Shown: positions 35,858 through 48,146, counted from the first letter of the whole stretch. The stretch is 63,885 nucleotides of DNA, filler included, from Olpidium bornovanus S191 (GCA_017911155.1; 28 parts of 28 records of this genome joined end to end with filler, not necessarily neighbours in it); one strand, 5' to 3'. Notes: a model not told the origin generated them from the letters alone. Made by a program: numbers and translations.

Positions 35858-36192
35858 GCGCGGGGGAAGGGCGCCGGGTTGAGTTGCCCGGTCCCGCCCG
35901 CCCCGCCCCCGTTCCGCCCGCGCCGTCTCCCGAAATCACCGCCCGGTTTCTTCTTTTTCCGCCCTCTCGGCGGCCTCTCCCCCTGCCCCCCGGTCCTCCG
36001 TCCGACGCCTCTCGCAGGAAGCAGATCGCTTTCCAACGACTGCGCAACCCGCCTTCCAGCGCCAGAACGGACGGGACAGCGGCTGCGCAGAGGGCGGCAC
36101 AGGAAGGAGGAGAGCGGCCGGCGTGTGGCCAAGCTTCCCCCCCGCTGATTTTGGCCACCGCCGACCCTCACGACCTCACGGGCTTTCCAAGC

Positions 36193-36229
<37 letters not shown>

Positions 36230-36365
36230 GGGGTTTTTTTTTTTTGCCGGGGGGGGGGGGGGGGGNNNNNNNNNNNNNNNNNNNNNNNNNNNNNNNNNNN
36301 NNNNNNNNNTTAATTAATTAANNNNNNNNNNNNNNNNNNNNNNNNNNNNNNNNNNNNNNNNNNNN

Positions 36366-37869
36366 CATGTAATCTGGCGGAACCTTGTCGGCCTTCACCG
36401 AAAGGACGTCAAAGAAACTGGGGATGGCGCTGTCGCCGAATATTGCTGTGTTTAAAAAAAAACGTGCGGGCCGGTTTTTTTTTTCTGCGCCTAAGCAGCG
36501 TCCGCAAACTCGCGGGGAGGACGGCGGCGGCGGGAAGGGGCAGTAGGATGGGGTGGAGGGGAGGGGGGATGACGCGCACAACTGGGACTCCGGCCAGAGT
36601 GAATCCGGGGAGGGGAAGGGGAAGATAGGGCAGGTGGCCAAGTTTATAAAAAAAAAATCGTCCAGAACAACGACGTACCGACATAAGGAGAGAGGCCGTA
36701 TGCACCCAGCGACGAGCCCCAGTACGATTTGCCCTTGTTCGATTTCGTGATTACGCGGACTTTCGTGGACACCACGTGCTCCGCGACATTATGCTTTTTA
36801 TTTTTTTTTTTAAAAAAAAGCTCAGGATTTTAGAGATTCCCGGGACCCGGCTTTTGCCCGGTTCGTCTAAGCTGGGCCGGGGAGCGGGATTTGTGCGCGC
36901 GAAAACACTCACGATCACGGCCGCCGCTAGAGAGCCCGAATGCTGCGTGCACGGGATCTTTTTGCATTGCGTGGTGCTGCAAAAAACTTTTATTTTTTTC
37001 GCGCGGTTCGGGGGACGACGGCAGGGATCCCACGTAAACAACAAAACAGTTTGGTCAGCAAAGATTGGTGAGCGTCGCGGGAGAAGCGACGGGCGGGTGG
37101 GCCGTCGCCTGTTGAACGTTTCGTGGTGAGAAACGGGGAAAAGGATGCGGGGGGGATCAAAATAGAAAAGAAAAATAAAGGGAAAAAAGGGGGAAGAAAG
37201 GAAGAAGGAAAAAAAAGGGAGAGAAAAAGAAGGGAACATTGAAATAAAACAAAAAATGGAAAAAAAAAAGAAGAAATAAAAAAGAGAAAGAAAAAGAAAA
37301 ACCTAAGCGGTCATTGTCTTCTCTCCCGCCTAATCTAAATTGTAATCTAGGGAAAAATAGTGATTTTTTTTTAAAAAAAAAAAGAGAGAGAGGCAGGAAG
37401 AGGGGGGGGAACGGAAGACGAGCGACTTACGGTACTTAATCTCTTCGAAACATTTCGCGTCGACGTCCAGGTTTTCGCACGCCGTGCTGCCCAGGACGGA
37501 GATCTCGGAGCTGCGCAGATCGAGGGCGAGCGGGTAGACCCTCGCAAAGGTGGGGGCGCCGGAGTCGTCGTCTAAGATGGACGAGGCGAGCTCGACGTCG
37601 ACCAAGAACATCTCCGAGGGCCCGCCGAGTTCCGTGAAGGCGCTTTCGTTCTCGTTGTGGCGAACGGGGATCTCGGCCGACGGCGGCGGCGGCGCTGGGA
37701 GATCGACGTCCGGCGCGGAGTAGCGGACCCGCTTCGCCGTGTACGAGGCGGCGGCGGCGGCGGCGGCGGCGGCACGGCCCGACGCGCAGGCCGCCGCCCA
37801 CGCCAGGCTTCCGAGGGCAAGCCCGGCCAACCTCCTCCGTTTCGCGCCTGCGTGGCGCACCTTCATCAT
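36366..37869 (-). CDS. Secreted aspartic-peptidase (A1)-like protein, N-terminal exons; first catalytic motif degenerate
   Basis: Signal-like LAGLALGSLAWAAACA; MFLVDVELAS...VYPLALDLRSSEISVLGSTAC aligns by eye to YxVxIxIGT...VLLDTGSSDLWVxSxxC. Confidence 0.55.
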
Positions 37870-37871
37870 CG

Positions 37872-37930
<59 letters not shown>

Positions 37931-38047
37931 CCCCCCCGCCCGCCCGCNNNNNNNNNNNNNNNNNNNNNNNNNNNNNNNNNNNNNNNNNNNNTTAATTAAT
38001 TAANNNNNNNNNNNNNNNNNNNNNNNNNNNNNNNNNNNNNNNNNNNN

Positions 38048-38996
38048 CTTTACCGCGAGGCCGGAGACGACGCCCGAACGCGCCTCAAGTTTTGGGAGGC
38101 TTCCGCCGGGGACTCTTTAATCTGCCACAACAACAAGGGCGATGGTTTCGATCTCATGGTCACCATTGGCGGAGACGGCACCGTTTTGCACGGGGCTTGG
38201 ATCTTCCAGGGTTCGTCCCCGCCCATCATGTCCTTCCACATGGGCTCACTGGGCTTCCTCACCGTGTTCGACGTCCAGACGTTCCGCGAGTCGATGCGTA
38301 ACGTTATCGAGGGCGGCGGCATCCGTCTCAACCTTCGCATGCGCCTGGCTTGCAGCTTGTACCGGGGCGCGGACTCGCGCGAGTGTAAGCGCCCCAGGAA
38401 AAAGGCGGACTCGCCCCGCGCTGACGAGGAATCGGCCTCGGATGACGAGGCCGGCGACGCCGCTCCGTTTTCGGACGTGTTCGTCGAGCGCAACGAAAAC
38501 TTTGACGAGGAAGGCATGCCCAGGAAGGACGCTGAGGCGGTGTTCCACGTCCTGAACGAGCTGGTGGTGGACAGAGGGGCGAACCCCAGCTTGCTGCAGT
38601 TGGAGCTCTTTGTGGACGGCGTGCATCTTACAACTATCCTGGCGGACGGGCTTGTCGTGGGTGGGTCGTTGCGTGGCGCGGCTCGTGTGTTCTGTACCGG
38701 CAAAAGGATTCGGCCGCAGAAAGAAAAAAAAATTTGCTGCTTTTCTCACCCCAGTCTGCAAAAATTCTAGCTACGTCGACGGGTTCAACGGCATATTCGG
38801 TAATTAGAGAAAGAAAGGATACAGAAAATTCCAAAAAGTCAACGCGTATTTCGCGAAAGCGCCACTGACGGAACCCGCCGCTCCCTTTCGCATCTGACAG
38901 CTCGCTGCAGGAGGGTCGCTTGTTCACCCGGAAAAGAACACCGTGCTCGTTACGCCAATATGTCCGCATGCGCTGACGTCCCGACCATTCCAACTG
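38048..38996 (+). CDS. NAD(+)/NADH kinase, partial
   Basis: [64 protein letters not shown]. Confidence 0.95.
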
Positions 38997-39514
38997 GTGG
39001 GGCTCGTTTGTCATTGTTATTTTTTTTTTTCGTTGGGCGCGGTGGGGAGAGTGGGGGGAAGAGGGGGGGACGCGCAGAGAGAGAGTTTGTTCTGTTAACG
39101 TTTGTCGCTTGCCACTAAACTTTGGTCGCCGAATTTTTTGCATCCCATCCCNNNNNNNNNNNNNNNNNNNNNNNNNNNNNNNNNNNNNNNNNNNNTTAAT
39201 TAATTAANNNNNNNNNNNNNNNNNNNNNNNNNNNNNNNNNNNNNNNNNNNNAACATGCATCAACTGCCGGCGGTAATGCGTCCTCCTGACCGGCGCTCAC
39301 CGATCGCCGCAGGAACTTCCTGAGTAAAGGCTGACTGAAAAGTTCTTTCGGTATCACGCTTATATAACAAATCCGCGTCATTTCCAGCAGATAGCCGTGG
39401 CCAACATTGTCATCCTGTCCGCGTTTTCCTTCCCACGCCTTCTCCCTCCGGACTTCACAGCGTCATTCCGAAAGAGACCCCAACCCAAGGCGAGAAAGCT
39501 GGCCGCCTCGTACC

Positions 39515-40352
39515 TTAAAAAATCGGCAGGCTGCCTATATATCGGTTAAGCTCGTTCTTGAAGTACTCGTTGCTGATGAGCTGCCTGTCGATCTTGACGA
39601 GCGGGTTTTTGACGACGTATTCGACATAGATGTGCGTGTAGATCTGGCGCAACACCTCCCTCATCGGTTCCGTCTCGACGGTGGGGTCCGTATTGAGCAC
39701 GAACCTGAGACCGGTGGGTGTCTCAAAATAGTGCAACTTGTAGGCCGAGGTCCGGTAGGCAAGGAAGCTGTCGGAACTGGATTTGTACGCGGGGATGGTG
39801 AGACGGCGGAGGGCTGCCCCGCCCGCGACCGGATTGCCCAGCCTGCCGAAACGGCAACACGCACGGCTTCCCCGAAAGCTTGTTCACGAGATTCCGCAGC
39901 GAGAACACGACGCCGTATACAAGCTTGGCCTCCTCCTCCAGGCTCATGTCCGTCAACTCGGTCGCGACCCCGCCGGCGGTGCCGTCGCTCGCGCCGGTTG
40001 GCGCACCTGGCGCTACATTCGTCGGCTGCTGCTGCTGCTGCTGTGCGGCGCCCGCCGCCGTCCCGGGAGCGGCCAGAGAACGCGATTGTCGGTGCCAGTC
40101 CTGATAGAAAACGAGTTGACAATGCCGGTCGAAGATGTACAGATTGTAGATCGCTGGCGCGGGCCAGAAGTGGGTAGGTGGGGAACAGGGGGAAGCGCGC
40201 GGCGTGAGGCGGCATTTTTCAAGCTTTACTTCTCTCCTCCGGAAACAACGCACCGGCTCCCGCGGGGGAAGGGCGGGGGTCGGGAAGGGACGGTCCGCGG
40301 CAACGCGTGGACTCCCCGGGCGGTGCGGCGACAACCGCCTGCGCTTACTCAT
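39515..40352 (-). CDS. BET5: TRAPP complex subunit 1 (Bet5), complete
   Basis: ATGA|GTAAGC micro-exon then (T)IYNLYIFDRHC; EEAKLVYGVVFSLRNLVNKLS; YKLHYFETPTGLRFVLNTD; IYVEYVVKNPL. Confidence 0.95.
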
Positions 40353-40577
40353 GCCGTTTTCTCGCTTCCTTTTTTTCCTTTTTCTCGTTTCCAACGCCAA
40401 ACCGGCCGGGGTCGCGTCCGCCGCCTTGCGAACTTTAACACGGCCGTTATGGTCGATGCACAGCCGCCTCTCTCATGNNNNNNNNNNNNNNNNNNNNNNN
40501 NNNNNNNNNNNNNNNNNNNNNTTAATTAATTAANNNNNNNNNNNNNNNNNNNNNNNNNNNNNNNNNNNNNNNNNNNN

Positions 40578-40726
40578 AAGTGACTTGTCCAGCATAAATC
40601 CCGGTTGGCGACAATGCTCCTGGGCACCCCCTGATGTTGGACCACTTGCTCGACAAACCATTTTGTTGTCTGTGCCGCTATGTCAGTTGTGGAGCATGAA
40701 ACCGTTACCAGGCTGAAGGACGTCAT
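40578..40726 (-). mobile_element. Ty3/gypsy integrase core remnant
   Basis: CSTTDIAAQTTKWFVEQVVQHQGVPRSIVANRD resembles TxTAxxxAxLF...HGVPxSIVSDRD. Confidence 0.75.
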
Positions 40727-40744
40727 TGACGAAGAGGACTACTC

Positions 40745-41310
40745 TGGGCGGAGGCAGTGGCAACAGCGGTATACCTCCGGAACAAGGTTGGCTACCCCCG
40801 TGCGCCCATCGAGAACTTGGTCAGAAAGAAGCCAGACATCAGCATAATACGTGTGTTCGGCTGCAGGTCATGGATTTCACCCGTCGGGAAGCGGGGCCCT
40901 CGGGCCCGGGAAAGACTACTCCTAGGCTTTGAAGGAGGAACCGGAAACTACAGGATTCTACTGGCAAACGGTGACGTCACCATCAGCCGTGATGTACGGT
41001 TCGAAGAGTCCTTCTTTCCGGCAAGACATGGCTGGCGCTTCCCGCACATCGTACCTGGGACTGCAATAAGTTTCCCTTACCGAGATGAAGAGGATGACAT
41101 GTCCGTCATCGCTGAAGGTGATGACAGTGACGACGAAGGAATCACAGAAATCATGTATGAACACGACCCAATGGAAAACGTGGGGCCAATCACCGGATTT
41201 GGAGAGGATGAGGCGCCGCAACCCCGGAGGTCAGGACGCGTCAGGAGACCCGTCATCTGTTATGGATTTGACAAGGAACCTACGCCGGTACCTCATATGG
41301 ATGTAGACCA
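40745..41310 (+). mobile_element. Ty1/copia pol remnant (integrase C-terminus plus SH3-like domain)
   Basis: LWAEAVATAVYLRNK; KPDISIIRVFGC; LLGFEGGTGNYRI; ISRDVRFEES; RRSGRVRRP. Confidence 0.9.
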
Positions 41311-42291
41311 TGTTGAACCCGGAGAATCCGGAGGCCTCCTCGGAACCCCTGAATGTTCTCTGTACTATAACGCGTAAATCTCCCAAAAAACTGCCTTCTC
41401 TCACGGAGGCGAAAACCACAAAACCCAACAGGTTATGAGCCCAAACCGGACCTGACGGGGGAAGCCCGACCGCCGTCGCCGCTCACCGGCGCCCCCTCCG
41501 TCCTCCTTTGACGTCCGCCTTCCGATCGCCGCCGCCGTCGTTCACCGGCCGCCTCCGTCCTCCTTTGACGGCCGCTTCTCACCGCCGCCGCCGCAGCCGC
41601 CGCCTCTCATCCCCGCCGCCGCAGCCGCCGCTCACCCGCCGCTCGCCGCCGCTGCCGCCGTCGCAGCCGCCGCTCACCGGCGCTCCCTCCGTCACCCTCC
41701 CAGCAGCTCACAGCCGCCGTCACCTTCCACCGGGTGCTCATTGCCACAGCCGCCGCTCACCGGCAGCTCACCGGCCGCCGCCTCGCAGCCTCCTCTCATC
41801 CCCGCAGCCGCTCACCGGCAGCTCACCGGCCGCGTGCCGCCTTCGCCGCTGCCGCCGCTCACCGGCCGCCGCCGCCGCCGCTGCTGCTTTCCACCGCCTA
41901 CCGACAAGCTCAGCCAAGCTATGTCCTTTGCCAATGAATGCGACGGAGAGCGTGAGATTGTCGACCGGGACAGGGACCGGGACCGGGACCCCCCCACCGA
42001 CAAAGGAAAAGACAAGATGAGATCCAAAACAGCCATCTTCTCGACTCCACACCGCCTCGCTACAACCTTCCCTGGTTCAGATTTCGGAGATTTCCCGACG
42101 GGATAACCAACTCCAACGCCCTACAAGGCCCCCCGGGGACATGATACACCTACCACACCTTCGTCCTCACTCCATGATGACGCTGCTCTCCGGCAGATGC
42201 TTTCGGAGATTGAGAAGTTTGATGGCAGTGGGGGCCCACAATCGCTTAGGCTGTTCTTTCGCAAACTCGATGCTTACTTCACCCTTGCATC
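41311..42291 (+). mobile_element. Short-LTR retroelement (family A), 5' part: 120-bp LTR, PBS, GCC-rich leader, gag with premature stop
   Basis: TGTTG(41311)...CAACA(41430); GGTTATGAGCCC 41431-41442; gag ATG 41921, in-frame TAA 42104-42106, then ...IEKFDGSGGPQSLRLFFRKLDAYF. Confidence 0.87.
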
Positions 42292-42549
42292 NNNNNNNNN
42301 NNNNNNNNNNNNNNNNNNNNNNNNNNNNNNNNNNNTTAATTAATTAANNNNNNNNNNNNNNNNNNNNNNNNNNNNNNNNNNNNNNNNNNNNCGCCGGCCC
42401 CCCCCCCGCGGCCCGCCGTCCCCGACCCAGGGGAGGGTTCCTGCCATGGCGGCTCCCCCCCCCCCCCCCCCCCGCCACCCCCCCGCGGAAGGGACGTAAG
42501 GGATGACCGTGCAGCACGCAGGTCAAGAATAATCGACAATTTCACGTAC

Positions 42550-43557
42550 TGGTCCATTTTCAAAATGCATCTACGGGAGGGCAAAAGCGATTAACACGGC
42601 ACCTCGGGATGGAATGCAGAACCTCCTGGTCCGAAGTACTTACTGGCCGCACACCCGGCAATGATGCGTCCGATCCGGCTGGGAATGCCGAGGGGGGTGT
42701 CAGGGCAGACACAGGGGGGAGCACCGCCGGCCGCAAGGCCGAGCCCCGGGGATTCCTTCCACGGCGGCCGGCAGCCTCTCCAATTTTCATACCTTCTCTC
42801 CGTTGCATTTGGTGCAAAACCTTTGCTGACCGTTCTGTTTCACCGTGACGCTCAGTTCGACCATCTCCAGGGACAGCCTCACGTCGGATAACCTGCCGTC
42901 TGGGTCGCCCTCTGATAAAGGCCCACCGGCGGCGCCGGACGAATTTGTCACGCCGGCGACACTAGATGATGATGGCGTTGTGGAGGCGCCAACGACACCG
43001 TCGGCGACCTGAGGATGGTGCATATTTGCGACCCTTTGTTGTGGGACCGTGCTCGGCGCGCCGCTTCGACTCCTTGCTCGAAGGTCAGGAGTACCGGGAT
43101 GAACGAGCACGACTTGCGCGTAGCTCCACATGAACATAATAAGCAACGGGTGGTATATTACGAGATATACGACAGCTGAATGGTCAAAGTGATATGGAAA
43201 CAGCGGACCGCCAGTAATGGCAACAGCCAAACTAGGATCAGCGACATCGTCGGCAGTTCCACGGGTGGGGCCACCGCTACCGGCGACGACAGTGGTCTCG
43301 TCGTTTTCGTTATCCGAACTTCACCTTGTGTGGGCCGTCGTTCCAGTAGAGGGAGGCATAGCGTAATAATAAAAGCCTGGCCAAGTGGGGAGTAATCGGC
43401 TGTGGGCGTGAGATTTCCGCACGTCTTCGGTGGGACGGTCGCGGGCATAATAACCAACATAGTAACTCCAGGCGACGATCGCAACACAAAGCAGGACGGG
43501 GATGAAAGCGATGATTTTCAGGGCCCTGCGCTCGCTTTTATCGTCGTCCAGCGGCAT
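42550..43557 (-). CDS. PFA3: DHHC palmitoyltransferase (Pfa3-like), N-terminal part
   Basis: FIPVLLCVAIVAWSYYV; WSYAQVVLVHPGTP; RFCTKCN; PDRTHHCRVCG; CILKMD. Confidence 0.88.
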
Positions 43558-45670
43558 TTTGACGGCGCAGGAGGGCGTCGACCGTTGCGTACGTGGCCAC
43601 CGTCCGGCGACGAAAGCGAGTTACGCAACGAAGGCTGTCGGCCAAGATCTTCTGGTCCGCCGGGCAACTGCGGAGGCCAGCGTCGCTTGCCCCGGGCCTC
43701 CTCGCTGCGCGGGCTGCTGCGGATCGCCGAGGGACCTGGCTGAGCCGGGTTGCGGTGGGTCCGCCGCTGCGACCGTTATTGCGGCTCCTGGTGTTGCTGC
43801 CGCCCGGCCGCTGAGCCCGAGCGGCTCACGTGACGCGCCGGTCCGAGACGGCCGCTGGGCTCTGCTGCGAGCGCTCCGGGCGCTGCCGCCTCGACGGCGG
43901 TGCAGGGAAACCGTACGGAGCAACGTCGGCCGGGAGATGTAACTTCGAGCGGGCTTGCCGTCGCCTCCGCTCCTGCTTCGCATGCTTTGAGGGCGGCCGT
44001 TTCGCGCGTTTCGCCTTTTGGGGGAGAAGGGGCGGGGAGGGGGCGGAGGGGGGGTGGGCGCCCGTGGAAGGGGCCCACGGGAGGGGCTCCGGTTATGACG
44101 CACCGCGGAAGAAAAACTCCTCCTCGTCGTCGTCGTCCTCCTCCTCCTCCTCCTCCTTCCCGTCGTCAGCTCCTGCCTGCCGGAGGGGCGAGCCAGCGCT
44201 GCTCCGACCGCCCCACGGACGCGGCGCAGGCTCCGCCCCTCTGCAGAGTCGTCCCGGTGTTCAGCCGGTCCTCCGTGGACGCCAACGTGATTCTCATTGC
44301 CGTCCGTACCTTATACCCCCTGTTGCGGGGGTACACAAAAAATAATCCCGCAGTAAAAGAAGTCGCCTGTCGTCGTCAAAAGCCATGTTCGCCAACAGGA
44401 ACTTGGCTTCGTGCTAAGGCGCACTCGCAACGGCAAAGGAGAGACCAAAAGGTCTGCCGTCCTGAATTATCCAATTAATCAACCAATTTTAAATAAATAA
44501 TATTAGCTTTTATATAAAAGTGTATTGTTAATAATAACTTGTATACTAAATATTATAATGCTGACGGAGGGGCCCAAAACCTCTCGAAGGCACGTCCCGG
44601 TTCCCGCATAATTGGCCAACTTGCCCATCGCGCCGAACGCGTTTGGAAAAAGGTCGTTATACCCCGCATCGTGGTGCACGCTGCGGGAATACGAGCTGCG
44701 GAAATACGACGACGTCAAATGACCGAACTAACTTCTGAGTCACCCGGACGCTTTTGACGACCGGCGCTTTGCGGCGATTCTTCGCCGATGATCCGCGATC
44801 GCCTCTTTTGCACGCCGGGAGACTCACGGCGCCCATCAAATACCGTCCACTCGGAATGCGCGCCGGTACCGCTCAACAATGTCAACCGTTTTTTTTTTTG
44901 GACGCCGTTTTGTTGCGTCCGGTTGGCTTTGCTAGGCCCGCCTGTCAACGGCGGGGGTTTCCACGGCGAGAATTTTGATGTGTACACAGGGGGGAGGGGG
45001 GTTTCTTGGAAACGAAACGCTGAATTTTGCCGAACGCCTCCACGTGGGGCGCTCATCTTGATGGAGGCAGGCCGGCCATTGCCGCTGTCAAACGCAGCCG
45101 TTCTCCGGAGCGCAGCGGCTGCGTCTCCACCGCGACGCGGATGATTTTTTTTTTTCTCTTCTTCTTTTTGACCCCGTCGCGTGTCCCCCCGGAAGCCGAG
45201 CCGGGATGTGCCGTCGTCGGTGGAGGCGGCGCGGGGCAGGGAGGGATCAAAACGCGAGGGCGGAAGAAGGGGAACGCGCGACCGGGGGACGCGCAAATTT
45301 TTTCCAGTTGGGGTGCGCCAACCGCCCGCCCAACCACCGCCCCCGCCGCCCCGCTTGCGGCTCCCCGGAAACGTCATGCCCGCCGGCCGCGGCCCGTCGC
45401 TTCGGCCGCGCTTTCGCGCGCACCGCGCGCCCGCTGGCCCTCTCCTCCCCGCCGTCCCTCCGCCCGCCGGGCGAGCCGGGCTCGTCGCCCGACAAATCCT
45501 GTCGCCCGAAAGCAGCAACGACACGGCCGTGCCGACGAAGCGCTGCGGTGGGCTCACGAAGCGTCCCACGACCCCGCTGCCCCAACAGGAATCCCCATTC
45601 CCCCCTTCCCCCCCCCCCGGATCTCGTCGTTCGTCTTATCGTGTCCGGTCCCCGTTGCGCGCTTTCGCAG

Positions 45671-46119
45671 CCGAGCACTACTACGTCCGGCACCTCCCCG
45701 GCTTGGCTGATCCGCAGGGCATCAAGCAGTTTGCAGGGTTCGTGATCTGTTCGCCGCGTGCTTCACCTCGATGTCCGTGTTGGTTGCAGACGCTCAGCAG
45801 TTAATCGGCCGTCTTGTCTTGAACAGGCATATCACTGTCGACCCGGCGAAAAACGGTAACCTGTTCTTCTGGCTCGTCCTCCATCACCATAACATCAACA
45901 CAGACAAATTGGTGGGAAGCGGGCTGTCCTTTGTTCCGTTATGCGAGATCGTTCTGGAAGCACGCGCTGACTATTTGCTCGCACGCCTCAACGGGCCAGA
46001 TCATATGGCTTAACGGTGGTAAGTGCGGCACGAAAAAATTCGCCGTCCGAGCTTTCTAGGCCTGTAATGCCCCGATACACGCATTTAACGGCCGGCTGTC
46101 GGCATACAGGTCCAGGATG
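45671..46119 (+). CDS. Serine carboxypeptidase S10 (Kex1-like), N-terminal exons
   Basis: YYVRHLPGL...FAG/HITVDPAKNGNLFFW/IIWLNGG/PG across small GT-AG exons. Confidence 0.85.
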
Positions 46120-46279
46120 GTGAGGAAGNNNNNNNNNNNNNNNNNNNNNNNNNNNNNNNNNNNNNNNNNNNNTTAATTAATTAANNNNNNNNNNNNNNNN
46201 NNNNNNNNNNNNNNNNNNNNNNNNNNNNCATGAGCTGTGCCCTAGCATCAACTGGGAAGGACTCCCAGATGACCTCAAT

Positions 46280-46565
46280 ATGGGCAGAGGTATCCAGGGG
46301 GTGCTGGATGCGCAACTAGGCACATTGACGCAATTGATACGAAAGCACCAAGAGTTTGGTCTCTTTTCCTGGGATGAGAATCCGGGACAGGTTCATCCTG
46401 ACATTGCACAGCACCGGATAGATACCAGAGATGCTAAGCCAATCAACTTTCCGCCTAGACGGCAGGCGCCGCACAAACGTCGGCAGACGGCGGAGGAAAC
46501 TCAGCAGATGCTCGAGTGTGGCGTCATTGAGCCCAGTCGCTCACCATGGGCAGCGCTCGTGGAAT
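46280..46565 (+). mobile_element. Ty3/gypsy reverse transcriptase N-terminal remnant
   Basis: QHRIDTRDAKPINFPPRR...MLECGVIEPSRSPWAA. Confidence 0.85.
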
Positions 46566-46770
46566 TGCAAGTAAACAGGTTTTGGAGTCTTGTCTTTCTT
46601 TTCGCTTTTATTATTAATGGAAGTACAAGAACAGGGAAAAAGTATTTGCGACATGGCGCTTTGCTATTCTTTGTGTTGAGTTTTCTTTGGGAAGTTGTGT
46701 TGTGGTGGGGAAGAGAAACCCTGCAACGAGTGGGGTTCGCTATTTATGCCCACGCCTACCGCTGTTGCCC

Positions 46771-47240
46771 AACCGCACCATGGTTGACCATGGTGCCTTG
46801 CCCATGGTTGACGCGGTGTTCCGCGTGGCGTTCACGAGGCTCGCCGTTTGCGCTCACGCGGTTGACCATGGGGTTTTGACCATGGCCATGGTTGACGGTT
46901 GACGGTTGACGCGTGGCGTTCACGAGGTCCCCGTCAACCAAGGTTCACGCGGTCGTCGTCTTGGGCTCCTTGGCCGCCGTCGCGGCCACCTTGGCCGCCT
47001 CCATGGTCACGCGGCCACGGTCGCGGCCTCTTGTCCGCAGGCGCGGCCACCTTGGCCGCCTCCATGGTCACAGGGCCGCCGCCGCGGCCACCTTGGCCGC
47101 CTTGGCCCACCTCCATGGTTCACGCGGCCGCCGCCGCGGACACCTTGGCCGCCTTGGCCCGCCTCCATGGTTCACGCGGCCGCCGCCGCGGCCCCTTGGC
47201 CGCCGGGGCGGCCACCTTGGCCACCTCCATGGTCACGCGG
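46771..47240. repeat. Complex GC-rich satellite built from CCATGG / CCTTGG / GCGGCC(GC) modules
   Basis: 11 CCATGG; recurring unit GCGGCCACCTTGGCCGCCTCCATGGT(T)CAC of about 50-60 bp. Confidence 0.85.
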
Positions 47241-47341
47241 CGCCTGCTTCGGAAGGGGTCTCGGAAGTCTCGGAGAGTTTGGAGGTTTGCCCGCGTGGCC
47301 CGCCGAGGCGGTTTTCTGAGGGAGCGTCCGTGTGGCGTCGT

Positions 47342-47381
<40 letters not shown>

Positions 47382-48146
47382 CCTTGCCTTTGTGCGTTTG
47401 TCCCTCGCAGTTCCCCGCCGGGCCGTAACACCGCCCTGAGCGCGAACAAAGGCCCCACCCCGTCCCCTCCCCTTCCCATACCGACTGCGAGGGATGAGCA
47501 ACCTTTGAGGGCCGCGCAGCGGGATGCGCAAAGAGATCGGGGGCAACATGTGTGTTGATCAACGGCGCGATTTGGCTTTAACGACGGACATTTTTCTTTT
47601 CTCACAACAATCTCGTTTTCGGAAGGCAGGAGTTCGAACAACGGCTGTTGCTATACCGCACAAGCGCNNNNNNNNNNNNNNNNNNNNNNNNNNNNNNNNN
47701 NNNNNNNNNNNTTAATTAATTAANNNNNNNNNNNNNNNNNNNNNNNNNNNNNNNNNNNNNNNNNNNNCATGGGACGGTCTCCAAAAATTTCCTACAAGGA
47801 ACGGTCTCCAAAGATTTGCATATCTAGGATCGATGTAGGGAATACAAGGGACACAGGAGTATTTTTTACCGCAATGCAATTCCGGACGGAAGTGCACCTT
47901 AGGGGTTTTGATAATAAAACCCCCTGAATTTGCAGGAGACGGTGGCCGCGTGTAGAAGTGAAATTTGCGGGGAGAGGAAGGCATACTTTGAACCGCCCCT
48001 GAAAACGTGGCCACCGGCGGGGGTTACCTCCGGCCGGAGCCACGCGGGCGGGCTTCGAAGGTCGGTAGCGGCAAATGCGAATGGAGTATAAAATACCGTT
48101 TGCTTGATCCAGGACGGAAAATGACCCTTGCACGAAGTACGGCGTA

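Noticed and set aside
44503-44757. Short overlapping ORFs on both strands
   Set aside because: No family recognised and the coding strand cannot be determined
47902-47923. GGGGTTTT-GATAAT-AAAACCCC hairpin
   Set aside because: Isolated 8-bp stem with no matching TIR or other context
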